This document shows, one piece after another, positions 7,104 through 15,251 of a stretch of 25,647 nt of DNA. The position numbers and the translations under genes were made by a program. Position 1 is the first letter of the stretch, and each line of letters starts with the position of its first letter. Source of the stretch: Kiritimatiellota bacterium (lineage in GTDB: Bacteria; Verrucomicrobiota; Kiritimatiellia; Kiritimatiellales; Tichowtungiaceae); assembly GCA_014381785.1 (NCBI GenBank), contig JACNKZ010000074.1:1-25647 (forward strand), written 5' to 3'. Below the pieces are notes generated by a model. That model ran no database searches and was not told the DNA's origin. It worked only from the letters and a program-made list of their open reading frames with translations.

Positions 7104-9506
7104 CTATGCGTCCGGTCTGTATTCCTCGTCATCGTCGGGAAAATCCTGCGGGGCTTCCGCCTCGGCGATCGGTTCGTCCGGTATGTCGCCGGGCTCCTCC
7201 GCGGGGGTGTACACGGTGGGGGCATCGGGGATTTCGCCGTCGAGATCCACAAGAATATCGCGCGGACCGGTTTCGGTCGGCGGACCGATGATGCCTTTTT
7301 CTTCGAGCAGATCCATGAGGTTGGCGGCGCGGTTATACCCGATCCGCAGGCGGCGCTGCAGCGAGGAGGTCGACGCGCGCTTGGTGGAGCGCAGCACCTC
7401 CATCGCCTGTTCGAGCAGCTCGTCGCTCTCGTCGAGCTCCGGCATGGCCGGTTTGTTACTCTCGATCTTCTGCGTGATTTCGGTGATGAAATCGGGCGTG
7501 CCCTGCGTGCGGACAAAGTCGGTAACGCGGGCCATCTCTGTGTCTTTGGTCCAGGCTCCCTGCAGGCGGACCGGCTTGCTCCTGCCGGGCGGTAGGTAGA
7601 GCATGTCGCCTTTGCCGAGCAGTTTTTCGGCGCCGATGGTGTCGAGAATGGTGCGGCTGTCGTTGCCCTGCGCCACCTGGAAGGCGATGCGGCCCGGGAT
7701 GTTGGCTTTGATGGTTCCGGTGATGACGTTCACGGACGGGCGCTGCGTGGCGAGGATCATATGGATACCGGCGGCGCGCGAGAGCTGGGCCAGACGTACG
7801 ATGCACGGCTCAATCTCCTGCTGGGCGACGCCCATCAGCTCGGCCAGCTCATCGACCACAATAACGATGTAGGGCAGCTTGGCCGGAACGTCATTCACGG
7901 CGGGTTTGAGTTCGCCGAACATGTCTTCCTGTTTTTCAATCGGGCGCTCGTTGAAGCTCTTGATGTCGCGCACCTTCATTTTTTTGAACAGCGCATAACG
8001 TTTTTCCATCTCTTTAATCGCCCAGCGCAGGCCGAGGGTCACCTTTTTGGCATCGGTGATGATCGGCACCACGAGATGTTTAAGGTTTTCGTAGGCTTGG
8101 AATTCGAAGGTTTTCGGGTCGACGAGAATCATGCGCATCTGCTCCGGGGTGCGCGTGAGCAGCAGGCCGGTCAGCAGGGAGTTCATACAGACGGTTTTGC
8201 CCGCGCCGGTGGCGCCGGCGATCAGCAGATGCGGCATACTGGCGAGGTCGCCGACAATCAGTTTGCCGGACACATCGGTTCCGAGCGCGAGCGGCAGCGC
8301 CACGGTGGGATCGTGGAACGCCCTGCTTTCCGCCAGCTGGCGCAGAAGGACCGGCGAGCTTTTGGAGTTGGGAATTTCAATGCCGACCGCCCCTTTGCCG
8401 GGAATCGGAGCCTGAATACGAATGCTCTGCGCGCGCAGTGCCAGCGCGATGTTGCGTTCGAGCGAGGAGATTTTTTCGACGCGCACGCCGGGGGCCGGGG
8501 TAACCTCGTACGAGGTGACGGTCGGGCCGACCTCAACGTGAGTCACTTCGCCTTCCACACCGAACTGTTCCAGCGTGGCTTGTAGAATGCGGGCTTTTTC
8601 GGCTGTGTTCTCGGTGGACTGCATGGTTCTGGCCGGGGGCAGTTCGTCGAGCAGCGTGATCGGCGGCAGCTGGTAGCCGGACTTGTCGACACCGGGGGCG
8701 ATATTGACGGAAACGTGCGCCAGATCATCTTTTTCCGGCGCGACGACCGGCGCTTTTTTCCTCGCTTCGATTTTAGGAGCCGCCGGCTTCGGAGCCGGTT
8801 TGGGTGCGGGAGCCGCCGCCGGAGCGGGCGGGGTGAAGAGCTCTTGCGCTTTTTGTTTGCGGGTGCGCTTTTTCGGTTTAGCCGTTGGCACTGGCGCGGC
8901 GACCGGCTCTTCTACCGAACCCTTTTTGCGGTTCACCAACGCTTTCACCTGCGTCCAGAGGAAGATGAACGGCGTGAACGGATGCATGCCGGTTAGTTGA
9001 AGAAGGGCCAGCACCAGAACGGTGACAAACACGATGCTCGCGCCGGCATGGCCGATCCAGCTCCCAAGGGTGCGGACGGCCAACAGCTGACCAATCAGTC
9101 CGCCGGGGCTGCCGACATTCAGCCAGCCGGCCAACCGGTCAGCCCACTGCCAGGGGAGATATTCAAAAAGTCCGGCCAGCGCAATCAGCCCTCCGGCGAG
9201 CCAGCTCCAGACCGGCCAGATCCGTTCATAGGAGCGCAGGGTCATCAGCAGCCCGCCCATCAACAGAGCGAACGGCACCAGATAGCCGGCAATGCCGAAC
9301 CACATAAACCCGGCGAAGGAAAACCAGACGCCGACGATTCCGCTGGGGGAGAAACTCTCCGGCGGATTGTTAAACAGTGGAACGTATTCCGGCCGGTAAC
9401 TGAAAAAACAGAAGAAGCTCCAAAAGCAGAGTCCCAGCAGGATAATGCCAAAGGCTTCCTTCTTTGTGGAACGGACGGGTTCAGCGGGTTTTGATTTTTT
9501 AGCCAT
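7104..9506 (-). CDS. ftsK: DNA translocase FtsK
   Basis: N-terminal TM segments, a Pro/Ala/Lys-rich linker, Walker A GATGAGKTV, Walker B IVIVVDELAELM, and the gamma wHTH domain ASTSSLQRRLRIGYNRAANLMDLLEEKGIIGP. Start MAKKSKP at 9506 is preferred over the ORF-track 9575. Confidence 0.93.
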   Translation of the reverse strand: MAKKSKPAEPVRSTKKEAFGIILLGLCFWSFFCFFSYRPEYVPLFNNPPESFSPSGIVGVWFSFAGFMWFGIAGYLVPFALLMGGLLMTLRSYERIWPVWSWLAGGLIALAGLFEYLPWQWADRLAGWLNVGSPGGLIGQLLAVRTLGSWIGHAGASIVFVTVLVLALLQLTGMHPFTPFIFLWTQVKALVNRKKGSVEEPVAAPVPTAKPKKRTRKQKAQELFTPPAPAAAPAPKPAPKPAAPKIEARKKAPVVAPEKDDLAHVSVNIAPGVDKSGYQLPPITLLDELPPARTMQSTENTAEKARILQATLEQFGVEGEVTHVEVGPTVTSYEVTPAPGVRVEKISSLERNIALALRAQSIRIQAPIPGKGAVGIEIPNSKSSPVLLRQLAESRAFHDPTVALPLALGTDVSGKLIVGDLASMPHLLIAGATGAGKTVCMNSLLTGLLLTRTPEQMRMILVDPKTFEFQAYENLKHLVVPIITDAKKVTLGLRWAIKEMEKRYALFKKMKVRDIKSFNERPIEKQEDMFGELKPAVNDVPAKLPYIVIVVDELAELMGVAQQEIEPCIVRLAQLSRAAGIHMILATQRPSVNVITGTIKANIPGRIAFQVAQGNDSRTILDTIGAEKLLGKGDMLYLPPGRSKPVRLQGAWTKDTEMARVTDFVRTQGTPDFITEITQKIESNKPAMPELDESDELLEQAMEVLRSTKRASTSSLQRRLRIGYNRAANLMDLLEEKGIIGPPTETGPRDILVDLDGEIPDAPTVYTPAEEPGDIPDEPIAEAEAPQDFPDDDEEYRPDA

Positions 9507-9546
9507 TCCGGCGATTATAGAGATCAAAGCGGGCTTTTGAAGCAAA

Positions 9547-10374
9547 TTAAGCTCTTCTGCATTTGAAAATAACAACCACCGGAATGCGGGCGAGCTGGTC
9601 GTACAGCGCGCGCCAGCCTTTGCTGTCGTAGGGAACCTTTTCGAGGATCTCCTTTTTGCTCATGTCGGGGATCGGCAGGGGGGCGGGTTCGAGCAGTCGC
9701 TCAATGACCAATCCGGCGTTATATATCCATTCGGCAATCTGTGAAATCGGCCAGGTTTGCGCGGCGTTCATGGTTTTGTCGTCCATCGACATGCGCACAT
9801 CGGCTTCGAGTTGAAAATAGTCGGGCAGGAAGACGCCGTCCTCCCCGTCGCCGATGTCGAGCCATTCTCCGGCGTAGAGCGGATGGCCGGTGGTCAGCAA
9901 CAGCGTGCCGCCGAGCTTGAGCATTGCGGCGCAGTCGGAGATCACCTTGGCCGGGTCGGCTGAGAACGGTAATGCGTAAGAGGAATGAATGAGGTCGAAG
10001 GAAGCAGGCTCCCACGCTCCCTCTTGCAATGAGTCCATCGAAACGCAGCGGAAATCGACGTTGACGTTTTCTTTGGCGGCCAGCTTGCGGCCGTGCGCGA
10101 GCTGTTCTTCAGAAATATCGATGGCGACACACTGCGCACCCTGCTTGGCCAGAAAGATGGAGTTCTGCCCCGCGCCGCAGCCGATTTCCAAACATTGGAA
10201 AATTCCGCCGGAATTTTTTCCAATGTTTGGAAGGAGTTCAAGCTGCGAATCGCCGGGCAGGAGCGGGCCGTAGTGGAAGTCGCTGGTGGAGATGCGGGTC
10301 TCTTTCTGATAGAGCTCCGCGATGTCGTTCCAGTAGCGCGCGCTGCTTGCGTCGGTGTTGCCATTAAATTGCAT
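9547..10374 (-). CDS. Class I SAM-dependent methyltransferase
   Basis: Motif I LEIGCGAGQN and the Methyltransf_11/25-like layout. Start MQFNGNTD at 10374. The ORF-track extension to 10533 reads through repeat DNA (SNVWK). Confidence 0.82.
   Translation of the reverse strand: MQFNGNTDASSARYWNDIAELYQKETRISTSDFHYGPLLPGDSQLELLPNIGKNSGGIFQCLEIGCGAGQNSIFLAKQGAQCVAIDISEEQLAHGRKLAAKENVNVDFRCVSMDSLQEGAWEPASFDLIHSSYALPFSADPAKVISDCAAMLKLGGTLLLTTGHPLYAGEWLDIGDGEDGVFLPDYFQLEADVRMSMDDKTMNAAQTWPISQIAEWIYNAGLVIERLLEPAPLPIPDMSKKEILEKVPYDSKGWRALYDQLARIPVVVIFKCRRA
10186..10232. repeat. 47-bp near-perfect composite palindrome (two iterated palindromes plus palindromic spacer) inside the methyltransferase CDS
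   Basis: TTCCAAACATTGGAA-AATTCCGCCGGAATTTT-TTCCAATGTTTGGAA, translated as PNIGKNSGGIFQCLE. Confidence 0.95.
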
Positions 10375-10384
10375 GTGGAAAATT

Positions 10385-10470
10385 TTCCAGACATTGGAAC
10401 CGGAAAGCAAGCCGCAACACGGCCGGAGGAGGAAATCATCCAAACCCCAGGGCTTTTCCACCCGTTGGAG
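10385..10470. repeat. Iterated palindrome copies in the methyltransferase/ferritin divergent spacer
   Basis: 10385-10399 TTCCAGACATTGGAA (1 mismatch) lies 10 nt upstream of the methyltransferase ATG. 10456-10470 TTCCACCCGTTGGAG has 2 mismatches. Confidence 0.8.
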
Positions 10471-10553
10471 AATTTCCACCTGCCCGCCCAGGCGGCTTGC
10501 ATTTCCGGGCCGGCTGAGTAATGTCGGGAGCAACGCGAAAGAGGAGGTGCGCT

Positions 10554-11063
10554 ATGGGAAGTCGTGGAATCTCAATCGTCGGAATGGATGTCAACGAGCT
10601 GGTGACTATCCTCAACAAAGCACTCAGTGATGAGTGGCTGGCCCACTATCAGTATTGGGTGGGCTCCAAGGTAGTGGCCGGGCCGATGAAGGACGCGGTG
10701 ATTGCCGAGCTGGTTCAGCACGCTGCGGAGGAGATGGGACACGCGGAGCTGCTTTCCACCCGAATTATTCAGCTGGGCGGCACGCCGGTGTTAACTCCGG
10801 AGCAGTGGTTTAAGTCGACCACCTGCGGTTATGACGCGCCGGAAGATCCGTTTGTGCAGGCGGTGCTGCAGCAGAACATCAAAGGCGAGCAGTGCGCGAT
10901 TGGGGTGTACGACCAGTTGATGAAGCTGACGAAAGATGCGGACCCGGTCACCTATAACATGGCCCTGCAGATTCTTGAGCAGGAAGTGGAGCATGAGCAG
11001 GATCTTCAGGATTTACTGGATGACCTCAAAATAATGCTCAGCCGCTGCCACATGAGCGAATAA
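10554..11063 (+). CDS. Ferritin-like (Dps/bacterioferritin superfamily) protein
   Basis: ATG at 10554 is preceded by AGAGGAGG. Di-iron style helices are present: LSDEWLAHYQYW, HAAEEMGHAELL, EQEVEHEQDL. Confidence 0.75.
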   Translation: MGSRGISIVGMDVNELVTILNKALSDEWLAHYQYWVGSKVVAGPMKDAVIAELVQHAAEEMGHAELLSTRIIQLGGTPVLTPEQWFKSTTCGYDAPEDPFVQAVLQQNIKGEQCAIGVYDQLMKLTKDADPVTYNMALQILEQEVEHEQDLQDLLDDLKIMLSRCHMSE

Positions 11064-11081
11064 TCGCACGGCGGGCGCGCG

Positions 11082-11603
11082 CTAAAAAACCGGCTGGCCG
11101 TTTTCGTCTTTTTTATGACGCAAAATCCAGGGGGTGTTGGGGAAAAGGCGTGTTTTTTGCATGAAGGAGAGGACGATGGCCGCCGCCGCCAGTGCCAGCG
11201 GAAGAACGGTTCCCGGACCGACGGTTCCTATGCTGAGCACGGTAGAGATTCCCAGCAGCAGGGCCAGCAGGTAGCCAATCAGGTTGAAGTTTTTGATGCC
11301 GTAGATCGTGTAGATATGGATGATCACGATCAGCACTGCGCGGGCAGTGTAGGGGCCCGGGGTCTGAAATGCGGGTGCCAGCCGGAGCGCATTGACGAGT
11401 GTGAAGACAATCACAATGATCATCAGCGGGTAGTTCAGGTAGCGGTTCTTTTCGCAAGCTTCCGGAAGGGGCCACTGGGCGAGGGCGCGCTCGACCGATG
11501 CGGCACTGAACCGCTCTTTCAGGGCGTTGTAGATATCGATTTTGCTTTCCCCGGCTTTGAGACGGGTTTGCACCGCTTGGCTAAGTTCTCTGCGTAGACT
11601 CAT
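11082..11603 (-). CDS. Hypothetical integral membrane protein
   Basis: AAGGAGAT SD before the ATG at 11603. Soluble N-terminus followed by 3-4 hydrophobic segments. No family recognised. Confidence 0.6.
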   Translation of the reverse strand: MSLRRELSQAVQTRLKAGESKIDIYNALKERFSAASVERALAQWPLPEACEKNRYLNYPLMIIVIVFTLVNALRLAPAFQTPGPYTARAVLIVIIHIYTIYGIKNFNLIGYLLALLLGISTVLSIGTVGPGTVLPLALAAAAIVLSFMQKTRLFPNTPWILRHKKDENGQPVF

Positions 11604-11680
11604 TGGATCTCCTTTTTATCAATCAGGTTCTGGAGTTTGTCGGCTAAAATCAGAAGAGGGTTTGTGCGTATAAAGTTTCC

Positions 11681-12967
11681 TTATGAGTGATCGCGGGAGA
11701 CTAGCAGGAACACTTTATCCTGTCGACGGGCTTTGGCGGTAAGCGCCCCGGCAGCAGAGCGCAGCTCGCTACAGGGCAGGCGCAGGGTGACCATGTCTCC
11801 GGGGTTTGCCGCGTCGGTGGGTTCGCCGTCGACGCGCAGGTTTTCGGCGGTGAAGCGAACGGCGCCGGTGGTCGGGCCTTCAATCAGCAGCTGGTCGCCC
11901 GGCTGAATGGTGTGTTTGATCAGTTTGAACTCTGCCACGTTGAGGTTGGCAAAAAAGTTGGAGACGGTTCCGATCTGGTCGCGCGTTTCGGTCGCCTGAG
12001 AATGGGAGTTACCCGACCATTCGCCGAGCGGTTTGCCGCAGTAGTAGCCGCCGTGCCAGAAGCCGCGGTTGAAGACCTTACTCAGTTCGTCAATCCATGG
12101 CTGGCAAGTTGACGGATCGTAGGTTCCGGCGGCGAGGGCGTCGAGCGCTTCGCGGTAGACGCGGGTGGTGACGGCCACGTAGTCGGCGGTGCGCGCGCGG
12201 CCCTCCAGCTTGAGCACGGAAATGCCGGCGACGGAAATTTTGTCGAGGTATTGAACGGTGCAGAGATCTTTGGGTGACATGATGTGTTTGTTATCGATCA
12301 CCAGTTCTTCGCCGGTTTCCTCGTCGGTGACGCGGTAGCTGCGGCGGCAGGTCTGCAGGCAGGCGCCGCGGTTGGCGGAGTGGTTGTTCTGCGCCAGACT
12401 CATGTAGCACTTGCCGCTGACGGCGACGCACAGCGCGCCGTGGCCGAACAGTTCGAGCCGGACCGGTTCGCCGGACGGGCCGCGCACATCGTGCTCCTGC
12501 ACTTTTTTATAAATAGTGGAAATCTGGTCAAGCGTCAGCTCGCGTGCGAGCACGACGGTGTCGGCCCAGCGCGAATAAAATTCCAAGGCTTGGAAATTGG
12601 CGACATTGGCCTGCACGGAGATATGCACTTCGAGGCCGAGTGAGCGGGCGGTTTCGATGGTGGCGATGTCGGTGGCGATGACGGCGGAAACGCCGGCGGC
12701 TTTGGCGGACTCGCACAGCGACTGCATCTCTTGCATCTCGTTGTCGTAGATGATGGTGTTGAGCGCGAGGTAGCTTTTTACGCCCGCTTCGCGGCAGCGC
12801 GCGGCGATGCTCGGCAGATCGTCCGCGGTGAAATCGGCTGAGCGCGCCCGCATATTGAGTTTGCCGACGCCGAAATAGACCGAGTCCGCGCCGGCGTCAA
12901 TGGCGGCGCTCAGCGCCGCCTGCGATCCGGCCGGAGCCATCAGTTCAATTTTTGATTGGTTGCTCAT
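11681..12967 (-). CDS. Peptidase U32 family protein (collagenase-like / RlhA-TrhP-type)
   Basis: N-terminus MSNQSKIELMAPAGSQAALSAAIDAGADSVYFG is the canonical U32 start. The rest matches U32 layout (ELFGHGALCVAVSGKCYMS). The ORF-track extension to 13309 is rejected. Confidence 0.88.
   Translation of the reverse strand: MSNQSKIELMAPAGSQAALSAAIDAGADSVYFGVGKLNMRARSADFTADDLPSIAARCREAGVKSYLALNTIIYDNEMQEMQSLCESAKAAGVSAVIATDIATIETARSLGLEVHISVQANVANFQALEFYSRWADTVVLARELTLDQISTIYKKVQEHDVRGPSGEPVRLELFGHGALCVAVSGKCYMSLAQNNHSANRGACLQTCRRSYRVTDEETGEELVIDNKHIMSPKDLCTVQYLDKISVAGISVLKLEGRARTADYVAVTTRVYREALDALAAGTYDPSTCQPWIDELSKVFNRGFWHGGYYCGKPLGEWSGNSHSQATETRDQIGTVSNFFANLNVAEFKLIKHTIQPGDQLLIEGPTTGAVRFTAENLRVDGEPTDAANPGDMVTLRLPCSELRSAAGALTAKARRQDKVFLLVSRDHS
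12581..12595. repeat. Iterated palindrome copy inside the U32 peptidase CDS
   Basis: AAAATTCCAAGGCTTGGAAATT, perfect. Translated as FQALE. Confidence 0.85.
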
Positions 12968-12981
12968 TACAGTTCCACAGT

Positions 12982-12996
12982 TTCCAATGTTTGGAT
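12982..12996. repeat. Iterated palindrome copy centred in the 42-bp U32/tspO divergent spacer
   Basis: TTCCAATGTTTGGAT (1 mismatch). It lies 14 nt from the U32 ATG and 13 nt from the tspO ATG. Confidence 0.85.
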
Positions 12997-13009
12997 AAAA
13001 TGCACAACC

Positions 13010-13477
13010 ATGAAGGGTCTTAAGAATGTCGGAAGGGTTCTCCTGTTTCAACTGATTGCGTTTTTGCCGTCGCTCGGAGCACTCGCGGTGCGGACGGACG
13101 GGTGGTACGCCCAGCTTTCGAAACCGGCCTGGAATCCGCCGCCTGCCGTGTTCGGCCCCGTGTGGACGGCTTTGTATGTTCTGATTGGGCTGGCCGGATA
13201 TTTTGCGTGGACGCGCGGCGGGCGGCGAGGCCGCCTTACCGTATTTGCCGTGTATGGAATGCAACTCCTTCTCAACGCACTGTGGACTCCGCTCTTTTTT
13301 GGACTGCACCGCCCGGCGCTCGCGCTGGCGGATCTGATTTTGATGTGGTTTCTGATTTTGCTTTGCATCGGCCGGTTTGCGCCGCGCAGCCGGTTGGCGG
13401 CCTGGCTGATGTTGCCGTACTTCCTGTGGGTATCGTTTGCCGGCGCGCTCAATGCCGCGATCGTCTGGATGAACTGA
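13010..13477 (+). CDS. tspO: TspO/MBR family tryptophan-rich sensory protein
   Basis: WYAQLSKPAWNPPPAVFGPVWTALYVL and LNALWTPLFFG are signature TspO motifs. Length from the ATG at 13010 is 155 aa, matching the family. Confidence 0.9.
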   Translation: MKGLKNVGRVLLFQLIAFLPSLGALAVRTDGWYAQLSKPAWNPPPAVFGPVWTALYVLIGLAGYFAWTRGGRRGRLTVFAVYGMQLLLNALWTPLFFGLHRPALALADLILMWFLILLCIGRFAPRSRLAAWLMLPYFLWVSFAGALNAAIVWMN

Positions 13478-13528
13478 TTGCCCGCTTTTTTCTTTTTCCC
13501 TAGGACGGGTTCAGATAGATTTTCGCGC

Positions 13529-14281
13529 ATGTCTGAAAATACAAAACCTGAGTGGACGCCCGAGCTGGACAAAGAAAACTCCTCTGCCGTCTGGGCGCAT
13601 GTGGTTCCCTTCCTCGCCTGGCTGCTAATGATGTCGCTGCTCGGCGATCCGTCCGGAACCCATTATGCGATCCAGACCGTCGGCGGACTTATTCTTCTTT
13701 TGGCGTTTCGTCCGTGGCGCTGGTATGAGCGCCCGAAGCTCAGCAGCCTGCCGCTGGCCATCGCCGTCGGCGTGCTGGTGTTTGTGTTTTGGGTCGGCCT
13801 TGAATCGGAATTTTTCAAAAGCGCACTGCCGGGCGTCAGCACCTTCTACGAAAAATATTTTGTCGACCTGATTCATTTCGGAACCCTGCGCGAACCGTTG
13901 GAGCTGGGTGAAAACGGATTGTATCACTACGACCCGCGCACCACCGGCTGGCCGCTGTTCTGGGTGCACATGCTCGGCACCACCCTGGTCATCGGCGCGA
14001 TTGAGGAGTTTATGTTCCGCGGCTTCCTCTATCGCTGGATGCAGGGCAGTCCCTTTTTCAAAAAAGATATCGGTGTGATGAACCCGCTGATGTGCATCCT
14101 CGTTGCCATCATTTTCGCCCTCGAACACAATGAGTGGCTGATGGGCTTCCTGTGCGGGCTGATGTTCACCTGGGTGATCGTGAGAACGAAGGACATCTGG
14201 GCGGGCATTTTCGCCCACGCACTCACCAACGGCCTGCTCGGCTGGTACGCCGTCCATACCGGCGCCTACTGGTTCTGGTGA
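13529..14281 (+). CDS. CPBP-family (CAAX-protease-like) intramembrane glutamic endopeptidase
   Basis: EEFMFRGFLY and FALEH motifs plus a C-terminal FAHALTN in a polytopic membrane protein. Start MSENTKPEW at 13529 is preferred over the TTG at 13478. Confidence 0.8.
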   Translation: MSENTKPEWTPELDKENSSAVWAHVVPFLAWLLMMSLLGDPSGTHYAIQTVGGLILLLAFRPWRWYERPKLSSLPLAIAVGVLVFVFWVGLESEFFKSALPGVSTFYEKYFVDLIHFGTLREPLELGENGLYHYDPRTTGWPLFWVHMLGTTLVIGAIEEFMFRGFLYRWMQGSPFFKKDIGVMNPLMCILVAIIFALEHNEWLMGFLCGLMFTWVIVRTKDIWAGIFAHALTNGLLGWYAVHTGAYWFW

Positions 14282-14283
14282 TT

Positions 14284-14526
14284 ATGAGCGAAGAACTGAC
14301 ACCCGACCCCGAGGTTTTTAAAAAACTGGTCACCGCGACGATGCCGTTTGGAAAATACGCCGGGCAGCGGCTGATTGATCTGCCGGAGCCGTATGTGGTT
14401 TGGTTTAAGCAGAAGGGTTTCCCGAACGGCGAGCTAGGGATCTTGCTCGAGACCGTCTACACCGTTAAAGCCAACGGCCTTGAATATCTCTTTCGCCCCG
14501 GCGCAAAAAATTCCGAGGGCCGTTAA
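14284..14526 (+). CDS. DUF3820-family small protein
   Basis: [33 protein letters not shown] matches my memory of the DUF3820 signature. It starts 3 nt after the CPBP stop. Confidence 0.7.
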   Translation: MSEELTPDPEVFKKLVTATMPFGKYAGQRLIDLPEPYVVWFKQKGFPNGELGILLETVYTVKANGLEYLFRPGAKNSEGR

Positions 14527-14864
14527 ACCTTTTTGACGAATTCGGACTTCAACCCCATCTGGCCGATGCCGTCCACTTTGCAGTCGATGTTGTGGTCGCC
14601 TTCGACCAAGCGGATATTTTTGACCTTGGTGCCCGCCTTAATTCCGGTGGGGGAGCCTTTAACCTTCAGCCCTTTAATAACGGTGACGGTGTCGCCGTCC
14701 TGAAGAAGGTTTCCGTTGGCGTCTTTTACTCCGGTCTCTTCCGCTTCAGCTGCGGCCGCGTTCGGATTCCACTCATGGCCGCAGTCGGGGCAGACCCGTA
14801 GCGCGCCGTCTTCGTAGGCATATTCAGAATCGCATTTCGGGCAGTTGGGGATGTTGCTCATCAT
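14523..14864 (-). CDS. yjdM: Zinc-ribbon protein YjdM (PhnA family)
   Basis: CPKC...CPDCGHEW zinc ribbon plus the C-terminal [49 protein letters not shown], diagnostic for PhnA/YjdM. AAGGAGAA SD. Confidence 0.92.
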   Translation of the reverse strand: MMSNIPNCPKCDSEYAYEDGALRVCPDCGHEWNPNAAAAEAEETGVKDANGNLLQDGDTVTVIKGLKVKGSPTGIKAGTKVKNIRLVEGDHNIDCKVDGIGQMGLKSEFVKKV

Positions 14865-15043
14865 TTCTCCTTGTTCAAACGCGGGGAGTTAAACACAAGC
14901 AAACCTGTCGTGCCAGACCAGCGACCAGATAATTAACCGCGAAGGAACACCCCGCTCCGAAGAGCAAATTCGTTACAGTTTCATATCGCGACGGGCTCTG
15001 GAGTTTAGAAGAGCGCGCAACATCTGCACGTGGAGTCGGCTCA

Positions 15044-15173
15044 TTTTTGACAGGATAACAGGATGGACTGGATTTTCTAAAGGAGACAGCTCTTGACCCA
15101 GCTGATCAGAAAGGGCTCTCCTCCTGATTTACAGGATATTTGATCCTGATCATCTTGTTATCCTGTCAAAAAA
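15044..15173. repeat. 22-nt inverted repeat pair enclosing 85 nt, in the 387-bp non-coding tsaD-yjdM spacer
   Basis: TTTTTGACAGGATAACAGGATG (15044-15065) versus the reverse complement of CATCTTGTTATCCTGTCAAAAAA (15151-15173), 21/22 match. GATCCTGATCAT is directly repeated at 15142-15153 and 15233-15244. Confidence 0.7.
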
Positions 15174-15251
15174 CTGATCATGAAAAGTATATCCAGATGC
15201 TTCTCAAATTGCAAAAAAGGCGCAGGTTATTAGATCCTGATCATTCGGAAC

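Noticed and set aside
8088-8102. TTCGTAGGCTTGGAA inside ftsK as another palindrome copy.
   Set aside because: It has two mismatches in one arm and no T/A-run flanks. It encodes FQAYE in a conserved FtsK segment where the Tyr is family-conserved, so it is probably coincidental. The 6004-6018 copy in pgsA (GTCCAAACAGTGGAA) is similarly uncertain and is listed only as degenerate.
12968-13309. N-terminal extensions in the ORF track. U32 extends to 13309, the methyltransferase to 10533, S41 to 18055, thiE to 18837, yihY to 4762, ftsK to 9575, tspO from 12956, and the 4654 start of the small ORF.
   Set aside because: The extensions read through repeat DNA (peptides such as SNVWK, FQPLE, MPVPLST), overlap neighbouring genes, and are absent from the conserved N-termini of the respective families. 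Internal ATGs give family-typical lengths.
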